64,000 bases of DNA from Lingula anatina (GCA_051362555.1 CM120643.1:7812001-7876000), one strand, 5' to 3'; shown: positions 23,928 to 38,625, counted from the first letter of the stretch. Notes: generated by a model from the letters alone, not told the origin. Numbers and translations are program-made.

Positions 23928-25428
23928 ATTTGTGGGATCCGTGGTCTGTGTGAAATAGGGGCATAAGCTGGGATACATTTAAAAAAGCAGCTGGTATTTG
24001 CCAAGATGCATGCTACAATACAATCAAGAGTTACTGGTAAGATGGGCCAGTTGAAGCATATCACAGAGCTTGTTACCAAGATTACACCAACACGGAACAC
24101 CTTACAAGGCTGAAAAAGAAAAAGGTCAAGAACTGATGCTGACAATTTTACATATTGCATGTTGGTTGCTTCCTTGCTTTCCTTTTTTTCAGCTCTATCC
24201 TTTCTTTTCTTTGTTAGCTTTTGCCTTGAAAATGCCTCCACCAAAGTTGGTGCTGAACAACAAATTGCATACGCATTTATCTGTTCTTTTTTGGGAATCA
24301 TGTTAGTCAGCATGAGCTATATTATTTGGCTCAATTGGAAGAAGGTACTCTTGCTGCACTTTGATAATAAGCTCCAACTGTGATCCATCTTAAATTTTGT
24401 TAAAAATGATGAACCACAAGAAAACATTCCAAAAGAACACTGAAGAGGATTCAGCAGCTTTTAGAAGTCAACAAGATTTTAAGTAAAGAAAAACAACCTG
24501 CAAATGGGGGAAAAAAATGGTTATTCTGGGAGTAATGACAAAATTGACAAAACAATACTTTTAGTTGAAGTCCAAACCAGATTATTATCAATGGCTAAGG
24601 AAATTGAAAAAAATCAATCTGTTCTCAATATAGCATCTTTTGACCCTGTCAAATTCCATTTTGAGTTTACAGACCCTTTTCCCTGGAATGTAATTAGTTT
24701 TCTATGTATTACTAATAATGAATTTTAGGAGTTAAAGAAGAAAATCACAGGTAACTTTGATTGGTACTGTGAGAAAGGAATGGTGAGAAGAATTATTTTA
24801 CCTGTGATTTTTTGATGATATTTAAGAAACTCAAACAGAATTCTCAGAGTTTACCAGAGAGTTATCCCACAAAATAAAACATGGTCAATTCTATATATAT
24901 TTTTCTGTGGAATCTAAGAAATTTTTGTTTGAAAAACCAATGAGAAAAAAATGAAGGCATGGCAGGAAATAACTAGGTTTGGGCCAATTTTTTTAATCAA
25001 AAGCACAAGAATAGGTGACTTGAATATTGATATATTTTAATATTATAATTCTTTCCTCCACTTAAATTCTTCTTTTATAAACATAAGGAATTACATCATT
25101 ATGCATAGCATATTGAAGAAAATTGGAAACATTAAATTTTTGTTTAATTATCACTGAAAAAATTAGTTATCTTATTGATTTTCAGAGTCAACAATATAGG
25201 TCTTGGGAGAAAAGATGTGAAAGTTATAAGGAAGAAGTGGTCGGATTTTTCCAGCTGCTCCAAAAAGGAGGCAGAAAGGAGGAAGATTCAAAAGACTGAT
25301 GGTGGTGGGGTCTCTCAAATAATGTTGACTCCCATGCAAGAAAAGGTTAAATAATGTTAGCATTTTATAAAAAATTTAATGTATATAATCAGAACATACC
25401 TTATGTAGATCGATGGCTTTTTGTTTGA

Positions 25429-25473
<45 letters not shown>

Positions 25474-25599
25474 CATTTATTTATATCAAATGATTATTAA
25501 AGGTACTTTTGTTTCAGGTTGTGTCAATTATTGGTGAGACTGCCATTGCTGGCCTTCAAGGAGAAATTGACACATTCCAACAACAAAATCAAAATGACG

Positions 25600-26130
25600 A
25601 GTATACCAAAATTACAACCGAAGAGCTCAAAATTTTAGTGGACGGGGTATCTGCTTAAAGTGACATTTTCTTTTTTCAAAATTCAGCAATGTTAATGTTA
25701 TAACTAACAGACTGAAAAAGGAAATATGGGAGGCAATAACAAATAAGTAAGTTGATTAGTTACTTTGTCAATGCATTGTAATTATTGATCCTACATTATT
25801 TTTAATTTGGAATGACATTAAAATTGAGTAGTGATTACTCACTATGTGACAGAAATTAAAAGGAAAAACCTACATTGACTACCAAATTTTTTGTGTTTAA
25901 TGTGAAGTTAAAGGGCTCTTGATGAATAACGGAACATACAACGGTCTCTATATCTTCCTGCTTATAGCGTCAACAGTGTGTCCAAAGTTCACCGAGACAA
26001 CGCAAGCGTGCGTAGGAAATGGATAGATTTATGTTCCAAGATGAAACACACAGAAAAACAATGGAGAAACAGTATGGGGAAGACAGTGAGCAGTCCCTGT
26101 CCCAAAGAACTGTCCCCTTTAGAACAAAAG
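25600..26130 (+). pseudogene. Myb/SANT-like (MADF/Harbinger ORF2-type) DNA-binding domain relic, two exons
   Basis: TTEELKILVDGV...KKEIWEAITNK|GTAAGT...TAG|VNSVSKVHRDNASVRRKWIDL. Confidence 0.7.
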
Positions 26131-26569
26131 GTAAGTTTTAAATATAACTGACATTAACAATTTCCTGTAATCATTATAGGTAATGAACCTCTAGTGGCCG
26201 CTGAGTACAGAAATAAATTGAATTTATTAATAAATATTTTTTACTCTTTAAAAATTATATATTTTGGTTACTCTTTCTTCTTATATAGACTTATTTAAAT
26301 ACCTTTTAACACTAATACCATCACTATGCATGAAGACACCGTTTCTAAAATATAAAGTAGGATGCTGAAACTAATATTCAAATCTGAAGATAAACTAAAT
26401 TTTTCAGCTTGGGGGAATACGATACAGTCATGCCAGGAGAAGCAGAAGCCAGTTAACCGAGAGAGGAATTGGAAGGTACTCTATTAATATCAGTAATCTT
26501 AAGACCCATTTTTTTTACATTCACAGATCATTTTTATTACTAATATTTTAACACAAATCATTTTTTGTT

Positions 26570-26608
<39 letters not shown>

Positions 26609-27799
26609 ATATTTTGTGTTCCTGTTTTTTTAATAAGAAGTCCTAGATAAAATACTAGTCCAACCTAGAAATGCATCAAAGAAACAAGTAAGAATTTTTT
26701 AAATATTACTTCGCCTTGCATAATGAAGAATAATTTGGAAAAAGCAAGGTACCATTTTATAAAATTTAACATAGGCCTAGACAAACTATATGGGGAGAGA
26801 AATTGTACTTTTAATACACATTGTTTATTGCATAAAGTCTCGAAAGTCAGAGATTTTTTTTTTTTTACGAAAGCTTAATTGGTGACCTGAGAAAACAATT
26901 TCATGGAACCCAGCAGGTAAAATTGCAAATAGTCACAGTGGTGTGCATTCAACACAAATTACCAGAGTTAATTGAACAAGTAAAGGATGGTGCTGTGTAG
27001 GTCCTGGTGCAGCAGATGACTAAATGGCCAAGTTTGAAATTTTCAGGCAGGATAGGTTATTCCTCTCATATCCTTGGACTATGTTCTTCCTTTTTGCCTC
27101 CTACTTATTTTGCCCACAGTGCTGTTTTTGAGTATTCAAAATTTTTAAGAATTTGATCACCATAGAGGATTTGTTTTTTGCATTTGTTTTTTGTAAGTCA
27201 TACAATGTAGTAAAAAAGAGAAATTGTTTTACTGCAAAGAGGGAAGAGGGTTATTGTGAGATACAATTTTTTTTATCAAATGCAGTACTATTGATGGTTG
27301 CAGATATTTTGTTGTTATGTTTTTGCTTAGTGGATCTAAACAATTTGTGTCACAATTTCTAAATTTTGAGGAGAAAGATTAGTAATTGTAGTTTTTGTAA
27401 GATTGGGGAAGGTACAGCTTTGAGTCATTAAAACAGTTACTAGTATAAACCTACACATTATCCTCCCTTCTTGTGATAGATTTGATCAAGTTTCATATCA
27501 ACAGATATACAGTTTCACTAAGAGAAAAAATACCCAAAGATCGACAGTGCGGAGCTGTCACCGATTACTTTGGCAGCTTTAGTGCCAAACAGCTAGTACC
27601 TATTTTGGCAGTGTACATATTTTGGCACACATATAAATATGTCATATTGGGAGAGATTATAGGAAAGAGAAGAAGGAGGATTACAAAAAAAAAAAAAAAA
27701 AAAAAGACAATAAGAAAATGGTGAATGTATTTTCATTTTTTAATAATAAAATGTAATGTATACATGCAATGTATTGGTGAATTATAATTTACATTTTGC

Positions 27800-28570
27800 A
27801 ACATTATACGGCAAAGAGATTATGATCATATACAATGTTCATGTTTTTACACATTTAGCTGATCACTCGAAGTTATATGGCCCATTACAACTATTTGCAG
27901 GATTTCCATATGAAAACTACCTGCACAGTATTAAAAAGTTAATAAGAAATCCTTCATTTCCTCTTCAACAAGCCATATGGCACCTTGATGAAATGATGCA
28001 CTTGGCTCCATCATTGAAAACAAAAGAAACAGTCAGCATGCAATAAAGGGTACCGGAGGAGACTGATTGTGCCCAGAAGTGACGTGTAGTGGTGTTAGAA
28101 GCGAAGATGAGTGGTCATTTTAACCTGGAGGTGAACGGGAGAGAAGATGTTTAGTCAGAGGAAAAAGAGGTTAATTACTAATAATTTTAAGCTTTGTGAT
28201 CAGCTTACCTGAATTCTCTTTTCTTCTTTTTTGGGAAGATCTTGTCAGTGAAATGTTTTATTATGAATGCATCACATTTTATTGTACATTTGTACCTTTT
28301 TTCTTTCTATCCTATTAGGATTTCAAGAAGTACAGTAGTGTGGAAATGTCTTGTGAAGTCGAGCAGTGCCGTTGACCAAAGACAACAAGGTCAGTTCTTA
28401 AAAATTGACAAAATTGTGAGTGAACTTAATGTTCTATAATTGTTGAATGTTTAACCTTCTAAGCTGCATTTGCAGATGACAATCAAAAGGCACACCTGAA
28501 GTGTAAAAAATTAGAGTCCAGGCTGTCAACAGACCTAGAAACAACAGACACAGAAGACAGAAGAAGAAAA
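27800..28570 (+). pseudogene. EnSpm transposase fragment and accessory-gene remnants
   Basis: YNVHVFTHLADHSKLYGPLQLFAGFPYENYLHSIKKLIR, and later STDLETTDTEDRRRK. Confidence 0.75.
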
Positions 28571-29769
28571 GTAATTTGTATCACTATGCCGTTGATATTC
28601 TTGCAAGTGATAAGTGTCTGTTCACCTCATCATAAATAACACATGCTTTTTTAAAAATGAATAGCTCTGTGCATATGTTATATTGTCAGGATGGCACTCT
28701 AAGTATTCCGTGACAGAGCTTTGAAAAACAATATAAATTTCCTGAATGGGTTAAGTATCAGGTTAACACTTTAATGTTATTGGCAAAACAAGTTAAATAC
28801 CCCTCAGTTTTGTTAATGTACTGTAAATAAATTGAGTTACCCTTAGCAAAATGAAAAGTCTGCAGCAAACTTGCAAAAAATTTGCAGCAAATTTGCTGCA
28901 AACCAAATAGTTTGCAAGAAACTGTTTGCAGGTTGTTGCAAGAAAAATCACAGTTGTTGCAAATTTGCTGCAAATTTGCAGGAAGATTAAAAGTTTGCAG
29001 GTAGTTCGCAAGAAAACTATCATTTTCTAGCAAATTCGCAGCAAATTTGCAAGAAAGCTTCTATTTTCTTGCAAATTTGCAGCAAATTTGCAAGAAGACC
29101 CTCATTTACATAAAAGTTTGCTGGATGTTTGCAAGAAAGACTATACACTGTTGCAAATTTGCAGCAAATTTGCAAGAAACTGCTCATTTACATAAAAGCC
29201 TGAAGAAAGTTTGCAAGGATAAATATACCCTGTTGCAAATTTGCAGAAAATTTGCAAGAAAACCTTCATTTACATAACATTTTGCAGGAAGTTTGCAAGA
29301 AAGACTAACATTGTTGCAAATGCAGTAAATTTGCAATAAACTCCTCATTTACATAAAGGTTTGCAAGAAACTCAGCTTTTATACACACCAAGTTGATTCA
29401 TTTGCAAGAAATTGCAAGAAATTGTTTCATGTTTGCAGCAAATTTGCAAATTCTTTTTCATATAAAAGTTTGCCTGAGTTTTGCAAGAAAGTCCATACCT
29501 TTTTTTACTAACATACAGTTAAATTAATGATGTTTGCACTGAGCATGGGTGTCAGGATGTGCCATTTTCAAGCCAAAATATTAGTATTAAGTTTAGAAAA
29601 AAAAAAAAAAAAGGCCAAGTTAACTAACAGTTTATGAGATTTTTGCATGAAACTAAGAAATTTATAAACTTTAGTTTATGAGAAGTCTGAAGACACCTGA
29701 AGACACTTAGACATTTGTTAATAGTTTGGGAGAAGTTTGCAAGATGACATTTACTTAGTTTGCATCAAA

Positions 29770-30225
29770 TTTTCGAGATACTCAGCAGTCTACTTACAGT
29801 TTGCGATAAGTTTGCAAGAAACTTAGACATCAACTTACAGTTCACAAGAAGTTTGCAAGAAACTTAAACAATTACTTACAGTTCGCGATAACTTTGCAAG
29901 AAACTTAGACAATTACTTACAGTTCGCGATAAGTTTGCAAGAAACTTAGACAATTACTTACAGTTCGCGACAAGTTTGCAAGAAACTTAAACAATTACTT
30001 ACAGTTTGCCATAAGTTTGCAAGAAACTTAGACAATTCCTTACAGTTCGCGATAACTTTGCAAGAAACATAGACAATTACTTACAGTTCGCGACAAGTTT
30101 GCAAGAAACTTAGACAATTACTTACAGTTTGCGACAAGTTTGCAAGAAACTTAGACAATTACTTACAGTTCGCGATAAGTTTGCAAGAAACTTAGAAATT
30201 AACTTACAGTTCGCAAGAAGTTTGC
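29770..30225. repeat. 41-bp tandem array (about 11 copies) within the subterminal region
   Basis: Unit TTTGCAAGAAACTTAGACAATTACTTACAGTTCGCGATAAG, period 41. Confidence 0.92.
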
Positions 30226-30825
30226 AAAAAAAAAAAAAAAAAATGGCTATTTGCTTACAGTTTGCAAAAAACTTATAAAAATAGAAATTAACTTTTTTTT
30301 TGAAATAATCAAGATTTAGGCATTTGAAAACTTCTTTTCCATTCTCGAAACCATCCTTACTCAAACTAACAAAATTGTACTAAAAAAAAAAAAAAAAACA
30401 ACAATTCATGTTCAGTTATGGATTTTGCCCACTTTTTGGCCAAATTTATTTATTTACATAACCCCACATAAAAAAAAAAAAAAAATAGTTCCAAAGGTTT
30501 ATATAAATGATTATTTATTCATAATAACATTTGTACTTGATATAATTTAAGTTCTTATGTATTATTATCAAATTAATACTTTGATTTACTGCTTATAAAA
30601 CCGAGTAACCAGGATGATGTTAAGATTTCATAGGGTTTTCATGATTTAGGCAGATTTGGAGCAATACTGAATTATGATGTAACCCACCAACTATCAATGA
30701 ACATAAAAATCAACACTACAGGGGATGACATTCCTGAGAAGTACTTCTTAAAAACAAATAAACTCTTTAGCCCAGGGTGAGTTTGCAAACCAGTGTATAC
30801 TGATGAGCATGTGAAGATCACTTAA

Positions 30826-31989
30826 GGATGTAGATAACAGGGGTAGCTATCTTCTAAACCGGCCAAGATATACCAACATGTTACATATCAATAGAAAGCT
30901 TATTTCAACAGCTCTTCATTTCATATCCTTATTTTATTATGTAATCATTACGTAATGAGATATAATGCTTAATAGGTGTGCTCAACATGATCTTTACACC
31001 TTAAAAACTAGAAGTCCACTACAAATGGACATGTGTAGACAGCTTGACTCGTGAGTCCTCATAGGGATCAACAAGAATGCGCCTCAAATTAGCGATATGT
31101 GTTAAATTAGCAGAGATATCAAAATAAACTTGGTTTCCAGTTCAACGAGACCCCCTAGCCTAACTAAAGCATGCCTAAGTTGAAAACGGAGCTGATGTTA
31201 TGAAATCCCAGACACATACTTTCAGACAAACCTTAGATCTAACGAATGAATACCAGCTTTCATCGGTTGAGAGTTCTAATTAATTTTGGCACTGGTCTAA
31301 ATCGTTCTCTTGAAGCCATAAACTGAAGCGGAGAAATCAGCCTTTTAGTGCTCCCCGGAGATTCCAACGTTATATAATCAGTGAGCTGCATTGGCAAGCT
31401 GAGAAATTTAGTTATTTATACTGGTTCAGCCCTCTACTCACTGCCTATGTAACTGTCACTATGCCTTTCATCCATTTTCAACATTATTATTGAACATTTT
31501 CAACCGGAGGCCCCCTCCATGTATTGACAGCAGCCACCATGTTAGTCGTGACGTCAGCCTTCTTCACCACGTGACACCTAGGGGGAGTGCCTTTGCCCAT
31601 ATACGTCTCATCTATATGTCTGCTTTTTAAAGCTTTAATAGATGTCAGAATTAAGTCCACTGATAAATTCAAAATGAAAAGTATTGTTTGGCAAGTGAAA
31701 GCGCGACGTTACTCACAGAATGTGAAAGGTTAGCAGCAATCTAGTATGGGAAATATACAGCTGCACAGTGGAGCTGCCAATCAAACACATATATGGACAA
31801 GTGTGACCTACTTTAAAACTCAGACACGCTACCACAGTGGTAAATCAGCAATTAGGCTAAAATTAAGGGTTTATTTGTAAACTTCCATTATTTTAAGATA
31901 GGCTGATATGTAGTTGATATTTCATCTATCTAATACTGACAAATTCAGAAAAACACCCAAATTTTGACAATTTACTGTTATCTACATCC
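30826..31989. mobile_element. Non-autonomous Kolobok-like element
   Basis: Perfect 15-bp TIR GGATGTAGATAACAG. TTAA TSD at 30822-25 and 31990-93. GG...CC termini. Confidence 0.85.
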
Positions 31990-32323
31990 TTAAAGGGATA
32001 ATAACTCTTCGTATGAGACCAATATTTCACAATAAAAACCTTGTGAATAACTCATAGAAATATAATATATTCTGTTTTACCACAAAAACAGCAGTTATAG
32101 CTTTTATTCTGATAGTTGAACTTGTCTTTAGACCACGTGACCTCCATTGATGTCTATACTCTGTTAAAATCTCTTAAGAGATTTTAACAAAAAAACCAAA
32201 CTTTTTAGAAAAAAACCAGGGACTAACTATGAATGTAAAAATGGATTCATTAACCATTGGTAAGTATGGGAAAATTGTTGTTTACTCCAGGAAAATTCAT
32301 TTTTTGGCCGAAACGAAGAGTTA

Positions 32324-32512
32324 TTATTGCTTTAATTGACTCCCAGTAATTGCATGGGCAGTGGCATACAGAAAAATGAGCAAAATACTAAGGTGCACTG
32401 TCAAGTTATGATCAGGGTAAATTGGTTTGTCACATGGGTCATCACAGGTATCTCCATTGAAATCATCATCACTGTCACTATAATCACCATCACAGTGCAC
32501 TTCATTACTCAA
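32324..32512 (-). pseudogene. N-terminal EnSpm transposase remnant inside the 13.3-kb element
   Basis: Acidic stretch, then PIYPDHNLTVHLSILLIFLYATAHAITGSQL. Confidence 0.55.
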
Positions 32513-33218
32513 CTCTTCTTCGCTATAAGAGAAGTTAGGACCACAGTTTTCTTTGCCATTGTCATTTTCACAAACTTCTTTTAGTTGTGTTATTGTGTCA
32601 GATATGTCACATATAGCTGTTGCTTAAATATTCTGTACATCCAACTCTTTGGCATTCTCAGGATAAGGTCTTTATCTTTTGGGTCTCACTCTACCAAGTT
32701 GGTCAGCCATCTTGTCTAAAAAAAATAAGAAAAAAAGAATTATGAAAAATATATGTCACAATAAGCCTAGATTGATCAAATTTATTATAACAGGTCTCAT
32801 TGATTAAAACAAGATGTACATTTTCAGTCCCCATTTACTATAGATTACTAAGTAGCATTGTATTCAAAGCAGAAAGATTCTCATTTCATTATATAGCACC
32901 TACATAAACAAACTGATTTCTATCTAAGCAAAGAACAGTGGTCCTTCAATTGAAATGCATACTAGTAAGGGTGAAACTTCAAATTCAGTGTCCTTGACAC
33001 ATCTGGTCTTTCAAATTTTCATGGATAATTACAGTGCAGCAGAATGGCTGTTTGGTTCTTTTATGGAAACTACACACCTGAGAGATAATTAACTGTCTAA
33101 GCAGACCAACATATTACACACTGATTCTTATCTGAGAGGTCTTTCAATTCAATTTGTTAAATCTCCAAGCCCTGTGGTTCATCAGAATGAAACAATGAAA
33201 GAATTAAATGCAAATTAT

Positions 33219-33250
<32 letters not shown>

Positions 33251-35049
33251 AAACAGCAAACCCATGCTTATTAAGTTCAGTTGCATATATTCCTTTTTTC
33301 AATTATTTGTCCTTCTTGAAAAGTAATCATTATACTTGGATCCTCAGTTTTCAGGATTTTTAGCTTACATAATTAGTGAAGTATGAATAAAGTTTTATTT
33401 ACAGTTATTTGTGCATTGATTATTTAATTTTCCTCGACTTTAACACCCCCCCTCCCCAATCCGACATTCTTAATAGTAAAAATGTATTTCTGCTTAAGCA
33501 TGCTGTGGAATGGACATTTAAGAATAAAACCCTAGATGTCACTCAAATCATGTAATTCACAGGCTCTTAAACTCTAATTAGTGCCTGAATACCTTTAAAT
33601 TTCTTCTGCTAGTTTGTACATTGATAGTCTTCATATAGCAATACATGTATATATTCCTTATGTCTGTGGTATTGGCTTGTTCGAATAGAATTGCACTGTA
33701 AAATGATCAAGTAAATGTTGATAGTCCTTAATGCTAGAAAATTATATTTTCCTTGGCACTTGTTATTATTTTCTGAATCTTTTCTTGTAGTTTTTTGTTC
33801 TTTTTTTTCACTTTTGACCTTCAAATTTTTGCAATGTATTAAACTTATTTTTTAAGAGACACCTGCCAGATTCCCCCACCATCCCCCCCATTCAAGTCTC
33901 TGACATGCTCATCTTGCAAGATGCTGAGAGAAAGGATGAAACCTGTTCACACCTGACTGTTAATAACTGATCTGTATCTAGGTAAAGATCATGGACCTTA
34001 AAATTCCTACTTGCTAATTAGAGAAGCATTTAACAACAAACAAGTATCTATCCCTTAAGGTACATACTGTCTTTCAACAAGCTTAGCTGAACAATTCCAC
34101 TTCTAAGAGTATTTACAGGTCATCAAAGCTTAATGTGACTACAACTCAATTTTAAATTCTATATTATCTGACAGATATTTTAGGACTACCTAAGCTATTT
34201 AGCTTCACTGGATTATAATGGATTCAATTAAAAGCATTTCACTTCCTGACAAATAACCCAAATGACTGTAGAAGGGGTTCTAATATAGGAAAATTGCATT
34301 TTGTTATGCATATACCTAGAGACATCAAAATTTTATCAATTTTAGGATGCATAAATGGTAAATTTTTGCCACAAAAGCTCACCAATTGCTAGTAAAAATT
34401 TTAAATAGTACTAAGATAATTACCGCAAGACATCATTCAATACTGCCCGAAAAATGATATTTGAACAATATTTTCTGCTAGCTTGCTATGCCGATATAAT
34501 CCAGGCAGATAAGTAAGATATGTACTTGTATGTTAAATTTTCAGCCAAAATTTAAAATAAGGAGCAGTTAAAAGCTCCTTTTTGCTGATCAAGTGATTTT
34601 TCCTTGTCATGTCTAATAAATTATTCTAGTTGTATAACAAACTAGTAGAAGTAGTTAATAAGCATTTACTGAGAATCCATGTTTCACCACACTCAGTTCA
34701 AAATGTACCTTTAACTATGGTAATATACACAGAAACCTACAGCTAATTTTATTAGATTTTGTTAAACTAGAATAAACTAAATAGGGAATGACAGTAGACA
34801 AGGGTAATATTTTATACACAGTTAAGTATCAAACTGTCATGTCTTAAGAAACACTAAAGGGAATCCTCCTTCCAAATTCTTAGTTGACACTCACTCTTAT
34901 AAAGGTGACAATTTTCAATGGGGCTATCAGTTTTTTTCACCACTGGGTGGCGCGCGTGTTTTAGTTGGGGTACTTTTGCACATGCGCGTACTTTCTCGTG
35001 TGTTTGCAGTTTCATTTTTAATCTGACGCTGGAAATATCGCTCTTAATA

Positions 35050-36350
35050 ATGCCAGGATACTGTTGTGTTCCGGAATGTACATCGTCAACAGCAGGTCAT
35101 TCTTTTCCGAAAGACACAAAGCTGAGTTACCAGTGGAGAGTTGCCATCAGGAGGGTTGATTCTTCATCAAAAACACTATGGAAACTAAAGGCACATGACA
35201 AAGTCTGTTTCCTCCACTTTCGTGAGGAAGATTACACTTCTACAAGTTTTACTTGCTGTTGTCGCTTTTAGTATTAATAATGAGTTTGTCAACTTATTTA
35301 TTAGATCTTTGTTATCGATGTTTAAGTAATTGTGTCGTTTAACGTGCTTAGAATGTTAATTTTTAAGACATTCTTCACCTAACATATATGTAGCGATTTG
35401 AGGGAGAAAACACTCTACCGACTAAGCTACCGAGCCCGGGTCAACCCCGACCAGCCACAACAATTATTTCTTCGTTTTTATGTGATAATACATAAGGTTT
35501 TTTAAAGGCCACGTTTTCAAATTAGGACAACTTGATTTTTATTGTATTAATAATCGTTATGTGCACTCCTTTTGCAGATGAGAGAAAAAGACTGAAGCCA
35601 GGAACGATACCATCCATATTTCCATTTAATAATTCGCATAGTATCAGATCCGATGAAGTGGAGGTAAATATAACGCATGATATAATAACAGATTTATAAA
35701 TAAAATATTTCTTATTATTTGTATAATTATCTGTCTTAATACTAGAAATACTAGAGACGGACTAAAGGGGACAAGAGGCAGTCAGATCTGCGTCATTTCT
35801 ATCATCTACACAGATTTTATGTGTTAATTAACAACGAAGTATTTTTCTTTGTGTAATTTATTAACTTATGTATTTATTTTTTGTTGTATCCTATATAGGA
35901 TGAGTCTCAAGCAGATGAAGCAGTGGCAGACAAACATGAAGAATGCGCTGGTGAGAGCCAAAAAGAAAGTACAGCTTCCCAGTGTGATATCACTACACCA
36001 TCAGACACAAGAGAAAGCATCATGCTGTACCAGAAAAATGCAAAGGCTGTCTAGTATCAAACTGGATTTATTGTCATATTGAACATTTCATGTTGTTTTT
36101 CAATGGCCTTTGGCCAGCAGCTCACCACTTGAATTTCAAATGTTTGTCACCAGGGCCAATGTTTTTTTATCATTATGAAACTGAGACAAGCCTTTGACGA
36201 TTATTTAGCTCTCCGTTTCAAGCTATCGGTAACAACGGTGTCAAAAATAATAAGCACATGGATCAACTTTGTTTTTCCAGCTCAGTGAAATGAACATTTG
36301 GCCAGAACGTGACATTGTTGACGACTATATGTCTGTAAATTTTAAGAAAT
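35050..36350 (+). pseudogene. THAP zinc finger plus transposase helical region
   Basis: MPGYCCVPEC...FP...W...VCFLHF, next exon RLKPGTIPSIF, later MKLRQ...LALRFKLSVTTVSKIISTWINF...IWP. Confidence 0.85.
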
Positions 36351-37301
36351 ATGGAGTATTGATTTCATGGGTAAACTGGCATAATTTGTCCTTGTCTTGT
36401 CTTTCGGTTGCATTCAAAATATCACCAAACCTAAAAATGATAAAATTAAATTAGTGAGATAGGTTTTTTTTTACTGTTCTTTTCAATTTGTATTCCAAAT
36501 GCAAAATGAAATTGTACATTCATAGCATTAAATGTTGACCTTCAAACCATGATATATCATCTCACAACTTGTATTTCTGTATTATAATGCAACTACAGGT
36601 ATATATAGTAGCTCAAGCTAGGACACGATATTGATACAAGACATTTGAACAAGTAAAAAACAAGCAAACTTATTTTCGTTTGCACACCTACCTCGATGCT
36701 GTTATTCTCCATGATCTTTCTTCATGCCACACTCGACTTTTACTTTGGCCTCTAGTTCTGTTTTCAAGTTCTGACACTTCCTTCTCTGTGACCTACCAAC
36801 ATCAATGCAATTATGAGGGAGTGAAAAAAACTATGATGCTAACAAAACGATGCTAACATTCTTGGCAAACACTGTTTTGATTGTCTACCTCATCTATACT
36901 TAGTTATGTCAATTGTCATTGACATAAAACACGCATCAACCCTTGTTTCTCCTTTACAAATTTGTGTTGACACAAGTCATGTGTTAAATGTCGGACCTGG
37001 TACACGAAATTTGATTACCGAAACGAACGGTCCTTTATCGACTAGGAGTGCCTACAATAAACATATTTTAAACATAAATACCTTCATTATATTCTCGGAA
37101 TATGGAAATACGCAATGACAATATCATTATCTTGAAATATAGTAATAAATTAGGCATATTAGTAGTGCGGAACTAGCCGCCGCTTACACCTGGCTTTTGA
37201 CAGGGAGCTCACACAGAAACCCATATTTTACGGGAAGATTCGAGCGCGAAACCTTCAATATTAATGATACAATTGACACATTTATAAGTAAACACACTAA
37301 C

Positions 37302-37402
37302 CTTTCTACCAAATCCTGTTTCTTTCCTCTAGTGGGGGCTCCTCTTTCAACTAGTTGAAGTTTTAACTTCGCCACCGTTTGCTTCCCATACTCTAAAGCC
37401 AT
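37302..37402 (-). pseudogene. SAP-domain first exon (ISL2EU second gene)
   Basis: MALEYGKQTVAKLKLQLVERGAPTRGKKQDLVER followed by a GTTAG donor. Confidence 0.75.
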
Positions 37403-38229
37403 TTCTACACGGACGCGAAAACGAGGCTATCTTCAATAACCACTATTACCCCAGCGCCCTCTTTAGGACAAACGGCTCCGCGTATAGCCCCATTGGACGA
37501 CAACTATCTGAAATGCTCAGCCCACAAGATGTGCTGCTAGCAAGGAAGAGCCCTATTCACACCTGATTGTTAATTACTATAGCACTGATCTGTATCAAAG
37601 ATTCGGGGACTATTGTAAAGTGAATAATTTTTTGTTGTTTAGGACAAGCAAGTCCCCATCTCCTAAGACTCAAACTGTCTCTTAATAAGCTTTCCTAAAC
37701 AATTCCACTTTGAAGAATACAGCACAGCAGAGCCTAATCTAACTGTAACTCAAAAATTTAATGTAACCTGACATATAAGTACATTTGGGCTATTTAACTT
37801 CACTGGATTGTTATAGACTTGATTTAAAATGTCATCATTATTTGACACAAAGCTAAAATGTAAGCAGAAAAGATGCTTTTAATGTAAAAATGCATTTTAT
37901 ATGGCATTTATCAGTTTTAAGACATTAAAATTATTTAACTTTTATCAATGTCAATTCATAAAAAATACACAAACCAAATGCTCCTTTTAATAAAACAATG
38001 TAAACATAATATAAATCTGATGGTAACTTAGGAATGGAAAGAAAAAAAAGTAATATTTACTAACACTCACTATTTAAACAATGTATCAAACTGTTTCGTG
38101 CTGTTTTTAATTTTTTTCTGAAGAGACACCTGAGAGACCTCCTACATTCAAGTCTCTGTTGACACCCACTCAAATATTGCGATGATAATTTTCAATCATC
38201 TGAAAACTATCTTTCTAGATAAGCTGCTA

Positions 38230-38625
38230 CGTACCTTTCACTGCATGGTTTGCTAGTATTGCTGGGATTCATCTTCCGCGAAATAAAGACACGCGCAGCC
38301 TTGACGACTTTTCAACAATTCCACCCCAGTAAACAATAGTTGGTCTGGATGCAGGAGCAGATCTGTAGAGGTGTTGGCAGAATCTACCTTTTTTAATAGT
38401 TAGATCAAATTTAAGATTCTTGGTCCACGGAGCTCTCATGAACGGCGATTATCTGACAACCGGAAATGGTCATGAAAACGACTAATCGTGATTGGTTGAT
38501 GCGCCATCTGATGCATCACGGGAAATTTTGAAGAAGAAGACCGTTTGAGATTTACCGGCAGCTGATTTTAAGTTGGTGTAACCAGTTAGAAATTATTATG
38601 CGTTGATTGCAAAGCCAGGTAAGTG
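38230..38625. promoter_or_regulatory. Putative bidirectional CpG-rich promoter inside the CACTA element
   Basis: CpG-rich, with CCGGAA and ATTGG motifs. Outward-facing donors: AAG|GTACGT on - at about 38235 and CAG|GTAAGT on + at 38619. Confidence 0.4.

Larger units (their letters stand above)
34920..37491. mobile_element. ISL2EU-type (Harbinger-related) transposon, internally deleted
   Basis: TIR GGGGCTAT / ATAGCCCC and AT TSD. A + strand THAP-transposase relic converges on a - strand SAP-domain gene. Confidence 0.82.

Noticed and set aside
28758-29277. Overlapping Cys/Gln-rich ORFs (also 30122-30364 and 41552-42087)
   Set aside because: They are translations of CACTA subterminal repeats on both strands.
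29770-30225. CRISPR-like regular repeats (also 50806-51268)
   Set aside because: The units are contiguous tandem repeats without unique spacers, in a eukaryotic context with no cas genes.
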